Source: an uncultured Gammaproteobacteria bacterium (lineage in GTDB: Bacteria > Patescibacteriota > Patescibacteriia > 2-12-FULL-60-25). From it: DNA of 25,097 bases. Positions 1-9,300 of the stretch are shown piece by piece. Where the stretch lies: contig CAZRDS010000007.1 in NCBI GenBank assembly GCA_964598895.1, positions 1,585-26,681 on the forward strand, written 5' to 3'. The notes below the pieces were generated by a model. That model did no database searches. It was not told the DNA's origin and was given only the letters and a program-made list of their open reading frames with translations. Both the position numbers and the translations under genes were made by a program. The first letter of the stretch is position 1; each line of letters starts with the position of its first letter.

Positions 1-23
1 TCTACCAGCTGAGCTAAGGGCCC
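1..23 (-). tRNA. tRNA 5' fragment truncated by the window edge; isotype not determinable
   Basis: Reverse complement reads GGGCCCT-TA-GCTC-AGCTGGTAGA, i.e. acceptor 5' strand, U8A9, D-stem and a D-loop with GG. The anticodon lies outside the window. Confidence 0.85.
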
Positions 24-125
24 TCGGGTCAGCACACGGCTGACCAAGGTGACCACCCCGGCTCCAGGGCAAGCCCATGAAGAACGGTTAGGTCGGGGAA
101 ACGGTATCAGATTGAGCCGAAGTCT

Positions 126-893
126 TCAAGAAAATGGGTGAAATATCACGAGCCGGTCTCGCTCCTCCCGCCGTGCGCGATCCAAGAGCTTCAATTCTCC
201 ATGCGCTTCCCTTAAACGTTTGAGATGGGCGACCGCCTGCTCTGGGTAGAGATGCGCTTCTGGGGCGAGGGCGCTCCAGGCTTGCTCTGCCGCCTGCCAT
301 TCTGGCTCGATCTGCGCCTTCCGAATTTCCAGCCAGTCTACGAGGTCGTCTAAGACCGGTTCCGTGGCACGTGGCGCAAGATAGACCGCTTGCACGAGAG
401 GCTGATCTGTTGACGTAGCCGCTTCTTCTATCCGCTGAACTTGCTCTTTTCTATTTGGCTCATCGACCTGAATGCCACGAATCGTGAGTTCAGACCGGAT
501 CATTTCAACACGTAATTTATGCGCTGGCTCAAGCTCATGTCGCTGGCCCGCTGCCCGACAGAAGGTCACCCACTCGTGCCATTCATCCATGAGTTCGCGA
601 TGATCTTTGCAGCTGACCTCCAAACGACGGATGGCATTCTGCAAAATCTTGCGAATAGATTCGATCGACGCTTGTTCCTGAAGAAATTCTTCGTCCGACA
701 ATTCGTTTGCCCGTTCAACAAAACGATCGACCGTACGCGCATAGGTACGGGAGAGTAATTCAAGTTCAGCGCGCAATCCCTCGTGTTCTTCGAGAACGGT
801 TTTTTGCCAGGCACGAATATCACCCGCTTGAGCGTGGGTGTTCGTCGCTGGACGATCGAAGAGGCGTTTCCAGGCTTGGAGAAGGGAGGGCAT
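126..893 (-). CDS. Hypothetical alpha-helical/coiled-coil protein (255 aa)
   Basis: Long ORF starting 5 nt after the stop of the upstream gene; E/R/L/A-rich helical sequence; no recognised motif. Confidence 0.8.
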   Translation of the reverse strand: MPSLLQAWKRLFDRPATNTHAQAGDIRAWQKTVLEEHEGLRAELELLSRTYARTVDRFVERANELSDEEFLQEQASIESIRKILQNAIRRLEVSCKDHRELMDEWHEWVTFCRAAGQRHELEPAHKLRVEMIRSELTIRGIQVDEPNRKEQVQRIEEAATSTDQPLVQAVYLAPRATEPVLDDLVDWLEIRKAQIEPEWQAAEQAWSALAPEAHLYPEQAVAHLKRLREAHGELKLLDRARREERDRLVIFHPFS

Positions 894-898
894 AGAGG

Positions 899-3331
899 TT
901 AGCGCGTTGTCGCACGACGGCGAATTGGCTTACGTACGCGCGGAGTCGTCGTTGCCGGCGGAGTAGAAGAAGTGGACGTCGTTACAACGGGGTTGAGCGC
1001 CGCGAATTGATCTGCGCGTTTATGGAGAACTTCTTTGAGCTGTGTTTGATACCCTGCTTCACTCGGGGCTTCTGCCACCAAGCGCTGTAAAACAGCGGTC
1101 GCTTCTTCCCAACGCTCTGCTTGCACAAGAGCGAGCGAGAGCTGCCATTGGTAGTCTAATACGGTTGGCGCATCCTTTACCAAACGAAGAAGCACGTCTA
1201 CTGCTTTTCCAGGTTCTTGCGTACGGCGATAGAGCAGCGCGAGGGGCAGCAGGATATCCGGGGCGCTCGGGTGCGCTGAAGCAAGCCGTTCTAGGTCAGC
1301 GATTGCCTCAGCGGTCTTGCCCGATTGCGCGAGCCACGCCGCTTTTGCGTAGAGGGCGGGCAAGTAATCTGGTTTACGACGAAGAGATTCCTGGAGTGCT
1401 TGTTCGGCGGCTGTATTCGCGCGTGTTTCTCGTTGAAGCGCTTCTTCTTTTTCTCTCCCCTGCCCTTGCTCTACCCAGTGCGCTTCACGAAGCGCACGTT
1501 GGCGCTGGATCCCAAATACCGTGAGTGGTGAGCTCGGGTCTGTTGGGCGAAGTTCGTCCAACTCTTCCGCAAGGGCAAGGACCGAGTCTTCTTGCCGTTC
1601 ATCAAACGTCGCGCGCATACGCGCAACTTGGAGCGCGAGCGCGACATGCTCTGGGTCTATCGGGTTTCGTTCACGTGCGACAGTGAGCGCCTTCTCCGCT
1701 CGATCGAGAAACATCGGTGCGAGCTGAATACGAGAACTATTTGCCGCTGTTTGCGCTTGCGCAAGATAGAAACGCGCTTCTTCTGCAAAGGTAAAATCAT
1801 CGGCACTATTCAAACGACGAGCAAAAGGAAGCGCGTAAGGTTCTGGCGAGGTAAGAAATTCTGCGGCTGCAGCCCGTTGGAGCGTGAAGATGCAGGCGAT
1901 GATAGCCCCGACAAAACCAGCCCCAACAAAGAGGCGGCTCACGAATGGTTGCTCTGACCAAGAAATGACCGTCTTCGCCGGTTCAAATATCTGAGAAGCG
2001 AGGAGTCCTACGAAGAGCGCGAGTGAGAGCAGCGAAAGAACCGTTGGTGGACGAAGCGCAACAAACGCGAGACCACCCAGCACCAGAAGTCCTGTGAGCA
2101 CAATCGTCGACTCTCCTATTTTTCGTGCGCGTCTAAAGGCGCCCCCGAGAAGGACGAGCAAAAAAAGCACTCCAAAAAAACTAGGCAACATCCCATATTC
2201 CGTTACAACCATCGCGAGCGCGGAACTTGCCCGTGGGAAACGCGCATCCCAGAGGGGTGTCTGATTGAGACCCAACGGACGAGCTTGATCGAAAGCTGAA
2301 ATCCAAGAGCCAGGCCCCACTCCAAAGAGCGGTGCGCGATTCAACGTCTGGCGCACGACCTGCCAGCTCAGCGTTTGGTTCGGCAGGAGTTCTGTCAGCA
2401 TATCAAGCCTCAACGCCTGACGATCCATCTGAACCCAGGTTGGCATGACGAGTTTTGCGGAAGACTCTGCCAACCCGACGAGCGAACATACGATCGCGGT
2501 GAGCGAAATAAACCCTGCGAGCGTCAGACGTCGCTGCTTTAATAAAACGACAAGCCCAGTAGCACTCGCCCCCACAAACACCAAGATCCAAAGCGCATCA
2601 AGCTGGACCAAGAGTCCCACCCCCAACAAACCCACGAGCACCATTGCGAGGAACGCATGACTCAGGCGATAACCAAGTAGACGCTTCGCTGTGAGCGGTG
2701 CCTCCACACTCGAACGTGTGGCAAGTAACAGAAGCCCACTCAAGAACAGAAGCGGGACGCTCAACAAGAGATCGAGTGCGCCTGGCGAGTGTCTCGTGAG
2801 CGCCCCAACGAGCGCCACACACATACCCGCCATCCAGGCACGTAAAAAGACACGCGCCACACGCGGATCGCGCTGCACGGCATCACGGAGAGCCACGACC
2901 AACCCCAACCCTATAAGAAGCACCGCAAAAGAGGTACTCACCTGCGCGCCCGTTCCCAACCAAGAAATCGCTCGATGCGCAGAAAAAAACCACGCGCCAC
3001 TCGAAACGAGCCCGATGAGTCCAATCCACAGAGGAAATGTCGACCAGCGACGAGGCTCCGAAACGGCTCCATCCAAAATTAAACTTCCCAAAAATGAATA
3101 GGCACTTCGCAGCACGAGCCAGAGACTAAATGCGACCAGGCTCAACAGAACCTTTGGGAGTTCATTTCCATCCAACCAGTGAGGAATGACAAACCAAGGC
3201 AAGAGAAAAAGATATAGCGCGAGCAAGCCGCTCATCCAATGCGCAAGATTCAGCCGCCACATCGTTCGCCAAGAATGCGGAAATGGCCGCGGAAACGACT
3301 GCGAAAAAAGAGCGATCACGGTGCGCGTCAT
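899..3331 (-). CDS. O-antigen ligase-like (Wzy_C-type) polytopic membrane protein with C-terminal TPR repeats
   Basis: Many hydrophobic segments; loop motif W..V......PLFGVGPGSW followed by EYGM; TPR-like repeats (PDYLPALYAKA..., APDILLPLALLY..., YQWQLSLAL...); Thr-rich then basic C-terminal tail. Confidence 0.75.
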   Translation of the reverse strand: MTRTVIALFSQSFPRPFPHSWRTMWRLNLAHWMSGLLALYLFLLPWFVIPHWLDGNELPKVLLSLVAFSLWLVLRSAYSFLGSLILDGAVSEPRRWSTFPLWIGLIGLVSSGAWFFSAHRAISWLGTGAQVSTSFAVLLIGLGLVVALRDAVQRDPRVARVFLRAWMAGMCVALVGALTRHSPGALDLLLSVPLLFLSGLLLLATRSSVEAPLTAKRLLGYRLSHAFLAMVLVGLLGVGLLVQLDALWILVFVGASATGLVVLLKQRRLTLAGFISLTAIVCSLVGLAESSAKLVMPTWVQMDRQALRLDMLTELLPNQTLSWQVVRQTLNRAPLFGVGPGSWISAFDQARPLGLNQTPLWDARFPRASSALAMVVTEYGMLPSFFGVLFLLVLLGGAFRRARKIGESTIVLTGLLVLGGLAFVALRPPTVLSLLSLALFVGLLASQIFEPAKTVISWSEQPFVSRLFVGAGFVGAIIACIFTLQRAAAAEFLTSPEPYALPFARRLNSADDFTFAEEARFYLAQAQTAANSSRIQLAPMFLDRAEKALTVARERNPIDPEHVALALQVARMRATFDERQEDSVLALAEELDELRPTDPSSPLTVFGIQRQRALREAHWVEQGQGREKEEALQRETRANTAAEQALQESLRRKPDYLPALYAKAAWLAQSGKTAEAIADLERLASAHPSAPDILLPLALLYRRTQEPGKAVDVLLRLVKDAPTVLDYQWQLSLALVQAERWEEATAVLQRLVAEAPSEAGYQTQLKEVLHKRADQFAALNPVVTTSTSSTPPATTTPRVRKPIRRRATTR

Positions 3332-3337
3332 GCGCGA

Positions 3338-3346
3338 AGTATAGCA
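3338..3346 (-). promoter_or_regulatory. Extended -10 (TGC-TATACT) 6 nt upstream of ATG 3331; leaderless promoter candidate
   Basis: Minus strand reads TGC TATACT TCGCGC ATG. Confidence 0.55.
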
Positions 3347-3373
3347 TTCTTCTGCGTTTGGACCGAGAGCTCC

Positions 3374-6256
3374 TTAGGTTGCAGGTTCTGCTGCAGGCGT
3401 TGGAGCAGGCGCGGGTTCAGGGACCACCACAGGAACCACGTCTGGAACGACCACACGTTCAGGTACGCTCACAACGGCGTCAGGGGTTGGCGTAGGTTCG
3501 GGTGTAGGCACGGGTGCCGGCGGTATCGCTTCTGGAGGTGTGACGGGATCAGAAGAAGTCGTATCTGGCACTGGCGTTGGAATGACCTCTACCGGTGCTT
3601 CTGCCGTCGTCGAAGACGTTCCAACGACTTCAGAACTTGTTGTCGACACGGTCGGAGTAGTCGTCGCCGATGTGACTTCTGGCAATGTTTCTACCTGTGT
3701 CTGGGGCTGCGTCTGTACGCTTGGAATAATTGGCTGCCCTGTATGAATATCCCAACGAACCGTTTGATCGTTCGAGAGGAAGAGCCGGTCATCTGCTGGT
3801 AACATTTCTTCGGCGCGCCAACTGAAGGTTACATCTTGCGTCAGCGGCTCCTTTAGAAGAATTTCGAACCCATGATCAGAGGAATTATCCGTCCACCACT
3901 GTGTGTCTACTTTTCCGTAAGGAGTCACTTGAATCAATGGGAAGGTTCCGAGTGTTGGATGGGTCACTTTTACCTTGGTTGCTCCTGCGAGAATACGTGC
4001 GACTCCTTGGTAAGACTTTGGGGTACTTGCTGTCGTGGTGGCAATCACAGGCGTTGTCAGACCGACCTTTTCCAATTTACTTTCGTTCATCACGATGGCT
4101 GAGCCACCCCACCAACCGGCACTCACATACACTTCGATTTTGCCAATGTTTGCCGAGCTATAACTTTCAAGCGCGTAGCCCACAATCGGACCGGCTTGAA
4201 TCGCTTTTACGGCGACGCCTGGAACGTTTGAAGGGGCGAGAGGATCGCCAACATTGATTTGCCCGGTCAGAGCCGCAACTCGTGTTGGAACACGACCCGC
4301 GAGAGCGATCGGAAAGGTTCCAGCGACTGGGGCACCCGCCACAAAACCAGGGCGCGTGGATACGATCCCAACAGGGACATCTCCGGCTTTTTTAGAGCGC
4401 TCAACTTGAACTTGACCCTGCTGACTCAAAATGACGACGTCACCTGGTTCAAGAGCCTCAGAAGAAGCGTATCGCTCTGCGAAATCATAGGAAGTATTCG
4501 CCTGCCACCCATCGGCATTAGTCGCGATATAGGTCGAAGACGCTGGACCCGTATCATCTAAGAAAATATATTTATCTGATTGCTGACCTGAGCGTGTTGC
4601 CGGGAAGAAACGGCCGCCCAGGAAGAGGTCACCTGCTGTACGCATCGAGCCCCGCTCATCAACCGACCACAAGGTCGAGGTCCCCATCTTGAGACTAAAG
4701 GCGGAATGTCCGTCCGTTGCGCTCTGATTGAAAAGGGTGAAATCTTTTTTAAGAGCCTGAAGCCCGTCCCAAACACTTCCACGCAGCGTGATGCCCCATG
4801 AATCCGCCGTTTGAGCATCAGCCGTTGCCGTATTCGTCGAGTTTAAAATGATAGTTCCCTCAGCGAGAGCGCCCTTTCCTTCCGCGCGTAAGAAGGAGCC
4901 TGCGTCATAGCCGACCTTCACAAAGACTTCAATCGTTCCTGTCGCCGTTGCGGGTTCTAAGGCGTATCCAACGATTTGCCCGGGAGCCGTTGCCTTCATC
5001 GCGACCCCTTCAAAGGGCGATGCCGTCAGCGCATCCCCGATAGCGATCGCACCATTCACAGCCGACACGCGTGTTGGTACACGTCCCGCAAGCGCAACGT
5101 CTACCCCATCCGACAAGTCACCCAAGAGAAGACCTGGCTTCGTAGAAGCAATCCCTACTAAGCGCTCTCCCGTCAGAGCACCGGAACTGCGTCGAACAAA
5201 CAACGGATTTTCTGGGTCAGCAACGAGCAAGTCTCCTGGAGTTGCGCCGCCCGTTACATGATACTGCTCTGCCAAGTCGAAATCTGAAGCATTGATCGTT
5301 CCTTCTGAGATCAAACTTGAGCCCGCCCGAAACCGACATTTGGCATTTGTATCTGAGTTATCAATACAAATTCCATTTTCATGACTCCCCTCATAACGAA
5401 AGACCGAGGCCATATCGAGCGTACCTGTGGCCGAATCTGGCGAAATCGATCCCACTAACAAGCGGTTAAAAGCTCCACCCCAGGTATTTCCTAGAACCTT
5501 CTCCCCAAAGTTCATCCCAGAGATCGTCGCACCTGTTGTAGACGTTTGTGCTGCGAGCTTTACAGCCGTGACATATCCGTCATTTCTAATAGCGAACTTT
5601 TCCGTCGTTGATGCGTAATAGAAGCGAGCAATGTAGTCCTTTAAGACAGAAGCGCCCTCCGTTCTCACATCCAACGCACTGCGTGGAGCCGCGGGAAGCG
5701 AAGCATCTGTTTGATAGATCGTGAAAAGCGTGTGTCCGCTCAGCGCCGTCCCCGAGGCAGACATTCCTTGAAGCTGCGCTGCGTTGAAGGCTTGCGGGAC
5801 GGCTCCGATTCGTTTTCTCGGCGTCATTTCATCATCACTACCAATCGTGATCCCTAAATAAATGGTGTCGTTATTCCAATCGAGGGACGACAAGGGATTT
5901 TGTCTGCCCCCATCCGATGAAGTATCTCCTAGCATGACGGTAAACAGACCATTACTTACCGTCACAGGAATCTTGGTAGGAGCAGGGTTCGTTCCACTCG
6001 CGGTCCAAAATGGGACCGCTCCGAATGACGACGAATTATATAAACTGAGCGCCATTTGATACGTACCGTCTGCCACGACCGACCCACTAGCATCCATCAA
6101 CTTACCTTGATAGTTGATCTGCTGGTTGATCCCGACGGCTGCACGAGCCGTTGATGGCTGACCAAACACACAGACACACAACCCCACGGTCACACCCAGG
6201 GCGAGAATGAAGCGCGGCCCCGCATTGAGCCACGAGGTGAAAGAACCGTTTGCCAT
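3374..6256 (-). CDS. Secreted tail-fibre-like surface protein (960 aa) with two peptidase G2-like (intramolecular chaperone) modules and a Pro/Thr-rich tail
   Basis: Signal peptide ending ARA; N-terminal QINYQGKLMD..GTY domain; two copies of D(L/F)AE.Y..PGD..VG..ST.PG..VALAGRVP.RV..I..GD.L..S...GVA.KA..G.IVGYALE; C-terminal PEPTPTP low-complexity region. Confidence 0.8.
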   Translation of the reverse strand: MANGSFTSWLNAGPRFILALGVTVGLCVCVFGQPSTARAAVGINQQINYQGKLMDASGSVVADGTYQMALSLYNSSSFGAVPFWTASGTNPAPTKIPVTVSNGLFTVMLGDTSSDGGRQNPLSSLDWNNDTIYLGITIGSDDEMTPRKRIGAVPQAFNAAQLQGMSASGTALSGHTLFTIYQTDASLPAAPRSALDVRTEGASVLKDYIARFYYASTTEKFAIRNDGYVTAVKLAAQTSTTGATISGMNFGEKVLGNTWGGAFNRLLVGSISPDSATGTLDMASVFRYEGSHENGICIDNSDTNAKCRFRAGSSLISEGTINASDFDLAEQYHVTGGATPGDLLVADPENPLFVRRSSGALTGERLVGIASTKPGLLLGDLSDGVDVALAGRVPTRVSAVNGAIAIGDALTASPFEGVAMKATAPGQIVGYALEPATATGTIEVFVKVGYDAGSFLRAEGKGALAEGTIILNSTNTATADAQTADSWGITLRGSVWDGLQALKKDFTLFNQSATDGHSAFSLKMGTSTLWSVDERGSMRTAGDLFLGGRFFPATRSGQQSDKYIFLDDTGPASSTYIATNADGWQANTSYDFAERYASSEALEPGDVVILSQQGQVQVERSKKAGDVPVGIVSTRPGFVAGAPVAGTFPIALAGRVPTRVAALTGQINVGDPLAPSNVPGVAVKAIQAGPIVGYALESYSSANIGKIEVYVSAGWWGGSAIVMNESKLEKVGLTTPVIATTTASTPKSYQGVARILAGATKVKVTHPTLGTFPLIQVTPYGKVDTQWWTDNSSDHGFEILLKEPLTQDVTFSWRAEEMLPADDRLFLSNDQTVRWDIHTGQPIIPSVQTQPQTQVETLPEVTSATTTPTVSTTSSEVVGTSSTTAEAPVEVIPTPVPDTTSSDPVTPPEAIPPAPVPTPEPTPTPDAVVSVPERVVVPDVVPVVVPEPAPAPTPAAEPAT

Positions 6257-6320
6257 CTCTCAGAGTGTATCTTCTTTCTGCGAGAGAACATTTTTGCTTC
6301 TACTAAGCTGTTCTTCTATT

Positions 6321-6397
6321 TTGTACACATGTGCACAACCTGTGGCCATTCCAGCTTTTTGGCTGTTTATAAGCTGTGTACTATTTACACAGCTTAT
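6321..6397. promoter_or_regulatory. Cluster of DnaA-box-like 9-mers plus a 12-bp hairpin
   Basis: TTGTACACA 6321-29, TGTGCACAA 6330-38, TGTTTATAA 6364-72 and ATTTACACA 6383-91 are each 1 mismatch from TTWTNCACA or its reverse complement. Stem ATAAGCTGTGTA/TACACAGCTTAT spans 6369-6397. Confidence 0.45.
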
Positions 6398-9300
6398 TTA
6401 AGTGCCGTTCCCGCCCGCTTCAAACTGAAGCGATGATCGATGTAGGTATCTTCGGCCTTGGTAAGATCAAGATCTGCCGACAGGTACCGCTCATAGCCCG
6501 GCTTCTCCGCTGTCAGATAGTAATGCCCTTTAGCCGCAAAGAACCCATAGGTGCCGTCCTTGCTCGTGATCTGCGTCTCGAGCAACTTGTTAAACTTCTT
6601 ATCAAAAATACGCACAATCGCTTTTGCGAGCGGAATCTTCCCATCTGAATCGTACACAATACCCCAGCGCTTCGGCGCGGCCGGGATCGCTAAACGACGG
6701 AAGAGCGCGTAGGTCGCGATCTGAAAGACTGCAAACCCAATCATCGGGAGCGTAGGACTGATAACGATCGCTCCCAAAGAGACGATGATCCCTCCTACTC
6801 CCAGTGCGGACTGTGCCCCGCGCAAATACCGCTTCCTTGTAATAGCGCTTGGTGTTTCTTCTTTCGCGATAGGGTCGACGGGAATGTTCGGAGAAATCGT
6901 GACCGGCTGAGCGACCTTCACCTCTTCTCCATGGTAGAGATCCACGAAATCCACATCGATATGCTCTGCTTGTAAATACTTCGTTGGGAACACAAAACCT
7001 GGTTTCTGCACTTGGATGGTGTATGAGCCAGGAGGTACAAAGAACGAGAAACGCCCTTGCGCATCCGTGATACGTGTTTGAAGAGCAAAATTTGTGCCTG
7101 CTTTCAGTAAGCGTACGATCGCAAGTTCAATCGGTTGTTTGGATAATGCATTGTAGACGATCCCCCACGACTTCCGCTTACGTCGACGAATCAAGAGGAG
7201 CGGCTGTGTAAAAAGGAATTGAAGATAGTTCAGCAGGTTAAAGCCGGTCACAGCTGTTGCCGTCGCTCCTACCGTCGCCACCACAACCACTGGAGCAACA
7301 ACTTGTTGCGTTGCCGCTTGCACTTCAGGGCTACGCGCAGCATCTAATCCGATCTGCGCGGCGAGCACAGCTTCTGATCCAAGAGCAGCGATATTCTGGC
7401 TAAGAGAAGCGTTTGAATCTATCACCTGCGAGAGTGGTCGCAAAGCTCGACGTAGCTCTACATTTTGCACGAGAACACCCGTCTCTACCCGCACCTCGCG
7501 CTCAAAGGTTCGAAATCCTGCCTTCGAAACTCGTAAACGGTATCGTCCGTTCGAAACAATCTCCGCATATCGTCCACGATCATTTGTCTGTATCTGAAAC
7601 ACTGTCGCACCGGTCTCAATAGCGATTAATTCCACCGTTGCCGTAGCGACAGGAGCAGTGCGGGCGCGTTCGCTTACATCAAGTACAAGCGCGGGTGACC
7701 AGACATGGAAAGGAAAACGGCCTTGCCACCGTCGACCGTCTGTCGCAATAGCTTGGATCTGCAAAAACTGGTTCTCTCCTTGAGCAGCGTCAAACTGCAG
7801 GTCCGAGACAAAGGCCCCAACACCTTCACGATACGCAAATTGATAGATCGCTCCACCACTTGTTTGAACCTGTGCCTGACTCAGGGCTGTGCCGATCCCC
7901 GAGATTGGTAAACGAATTTGGATCGACCGAGAAATGAGCGCAGAGCGGACACCTGATGCATCCGGTGTCGCCATCACCGTATCCGATAAGAAAAAAGTTG
8001 GAACAAGGTCCAAAAGCGGCGCGTCACTCGATACCCCTTCCGCCGGCGTACTTGTAACCGTACTCACTCCAGACACATCTTCAGGAGAACTTGTCGCACT
8101 GCCAGCGCCCGTTCCATCAGGTACAACAACGGGCTCCGTACCCGACGTTTCAGGGTGAAGAATCGGCGGCAAGACAAGCCCTCCTTCCGCTGCGCTCGCT
8201 GGGGGCCGTGGGCGCGATGGCGTCACCACAACATCTGGACCCGTTCCAGGAATCACGGTTGGCTCTACCGGAAGAGCGGTCGGCGGAGTCACCACTGGTG
8301 GCAGTTCTTCTGTAGGGATCGTAACCATGGCAATCGCTCCACTCGCACGATTTCCAAAGAGGTCTTGTGCCACCGCTCGATAGGTCAGAGAGGAAGCACC
8401 TGATGGTGGTATATCCGTACAGCGTGCAAGCGTCGTCGCGCAAACAAAGACCTCCGCACTCAGCGCTGCATCGGTATACCGGGTTACTATCACGTCTTTA
8501 AAGTCAGCGTCTGTTGGATTGATCCAGGTTAATTCAACCGCTCTCGGAGGAGCGCTGTAAACTCCTCGGAAATTCAGAACGTTGGAAGGAGGGGTTGTAT
8601 CACTGAGTGTACGAAACCCCGGCCCTGTGACCGTCAGACGGTCACCCGCTGCGGGGATCGCACTCACTCGAAAGGCATAGAGCGTAGATGCGGTAAGTCC
8701 CGTAACCGTCACGAGATGCGTTCGTCCAGGAGTCATTTCTGAAAATGTGCGCACGCTCGGTGAAACATCCAGAAGCACTTCTCCTAATACATCCATGTTG
8801 GTAGTCCAACGAATCGTAGCTTGATGATCGTCAACAGAGACAACCTCGATCCCAGTGATCGTGAGGACACTCGGCGAAGCCGCCGTCACAAAGCTCTTAT
8901 CCTCGCTCCAACGCGTATTCCCAACCGCATCACGAGCACGCACGTGAAAATGATATTCCGTTTCTGGCAACAAACTGTCCAGCAAAAACTCATGACTCAT
9001 GAGCGCACTCGTTCGTTCACGCGTACCCACCGTATAAGCACCCCAGGTAAGACCGTACCCAATAAAAGCATCCGCGGCCTCATCGGTCGTCCAGTGGACG
9101 ACCGCGCTTGTGGCGGTAATGCTATCGACGCCCAACCCGACGATGGTAGGCGCTGTTCCGTCCGAAGGGACAGGCGTTGAACCAGGTCCCGGTCCGGCTC
9201 CACCGCTCGGAGAACTCCCGCCACCTGGTACAGTCGCTGTCACTGTTGCCGTCACCGTCAAACCATCCGCGCCCCGAATCTCCACATATCCAATCCCCGT

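Noticed and set aside
1042-1524. 160-aa plus-strand ORF
   Set aside because: Antisense shadow of the TPR region.
3374-6256. Prophage remnant
   Set aside because: The fibre-like gene has a Sec signal peptide, and no capsid, terminase, tail or integrase genes are nearby.
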